64,000 nucleotides of DNA from Lama glama (lineage: Eukaryota), in the NCBI GenBank assembly GCA_028534125.1, contig CM052817.1:96970001-97034000 (forward strand), given 5' to 3'. Made by a program: the position numbers and the translations under genes. Shown here piece after piece: positions 63,882 through 64,000 of the stretch. The notes below the pieces were generated by a model. That model was not told the origin of the DNA, ran no database searches, and was given only the letters and a program-made list of their open reading frames with translations. How positions within the stretch are numbered: position 1 is the first letter of the stretch; each line of letters opens with the position of its first letter.

Positions 63882-64000
63882 ACGCGGAATCGTTTTGAAG
63901 GAACAAGATCAGAAGTGGAAGAGCTTATGAACAAAATTAGACAGAATCCTAGGGACCACAAACGGGCAAGTCAGTTCACCGCAGAAGGCTACCTGTATGT
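63882..64000 (+). CDS. ARHGAP10: ARHGAP10 coding exon 8 (end of BAR, start of PH domain), truncated by the window edge
   Basis: tttcag|ACG CGG AAT CGT... encodes TRNRFEGTRSEVEELMNKIRQNPRDHKRASQFTAEGYLY; EGYLY is the typical first PH-domain strand motif. Confidence 0.96.

Overview
Mammalian genomic DNA, most likely camelid, judged from tRNA-derived vic-1-type SINEs and artiodactyl-type L1 3' ends. The window lies inside ARHGAP10 (GRAF2, BAR-PH-RhoGAP-SH3 family). Six coding exons of the BAR domain and PH start are recognisable with canonical GT-AG sites; exon numbers follow my recollection of the human gene. Exons 2 and 3 lie on the MINUS strand in a 19.2-kb contig (29350-48510) bounded by two gaps of exactly 500 N. 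Exons 5-8 lie on the PLUS strand after the second gap, and exon 4 is not visible anywhere. The simplest explanation is a mis-oriented contig plus missing sequence in a scaffolded assembly; a real intragenic inversion is less likely. The rest is intronic and repeat-rich: L1, L2, MIR, SINEs, MaLR/ERV LTRs, Tigger/MER DNA transposons, several nested insertions, a tiny polyadenylated LTR-derived retrocopy, a perfect palindromic MARE and a strong CTCF motif. I find no support for a wholly new biological system. Nearly all ORFs in the supplied track are chance, repeat-derived or gap-spanning. Repeat family names were assigned from memory and most repeat boundaries are approximate.
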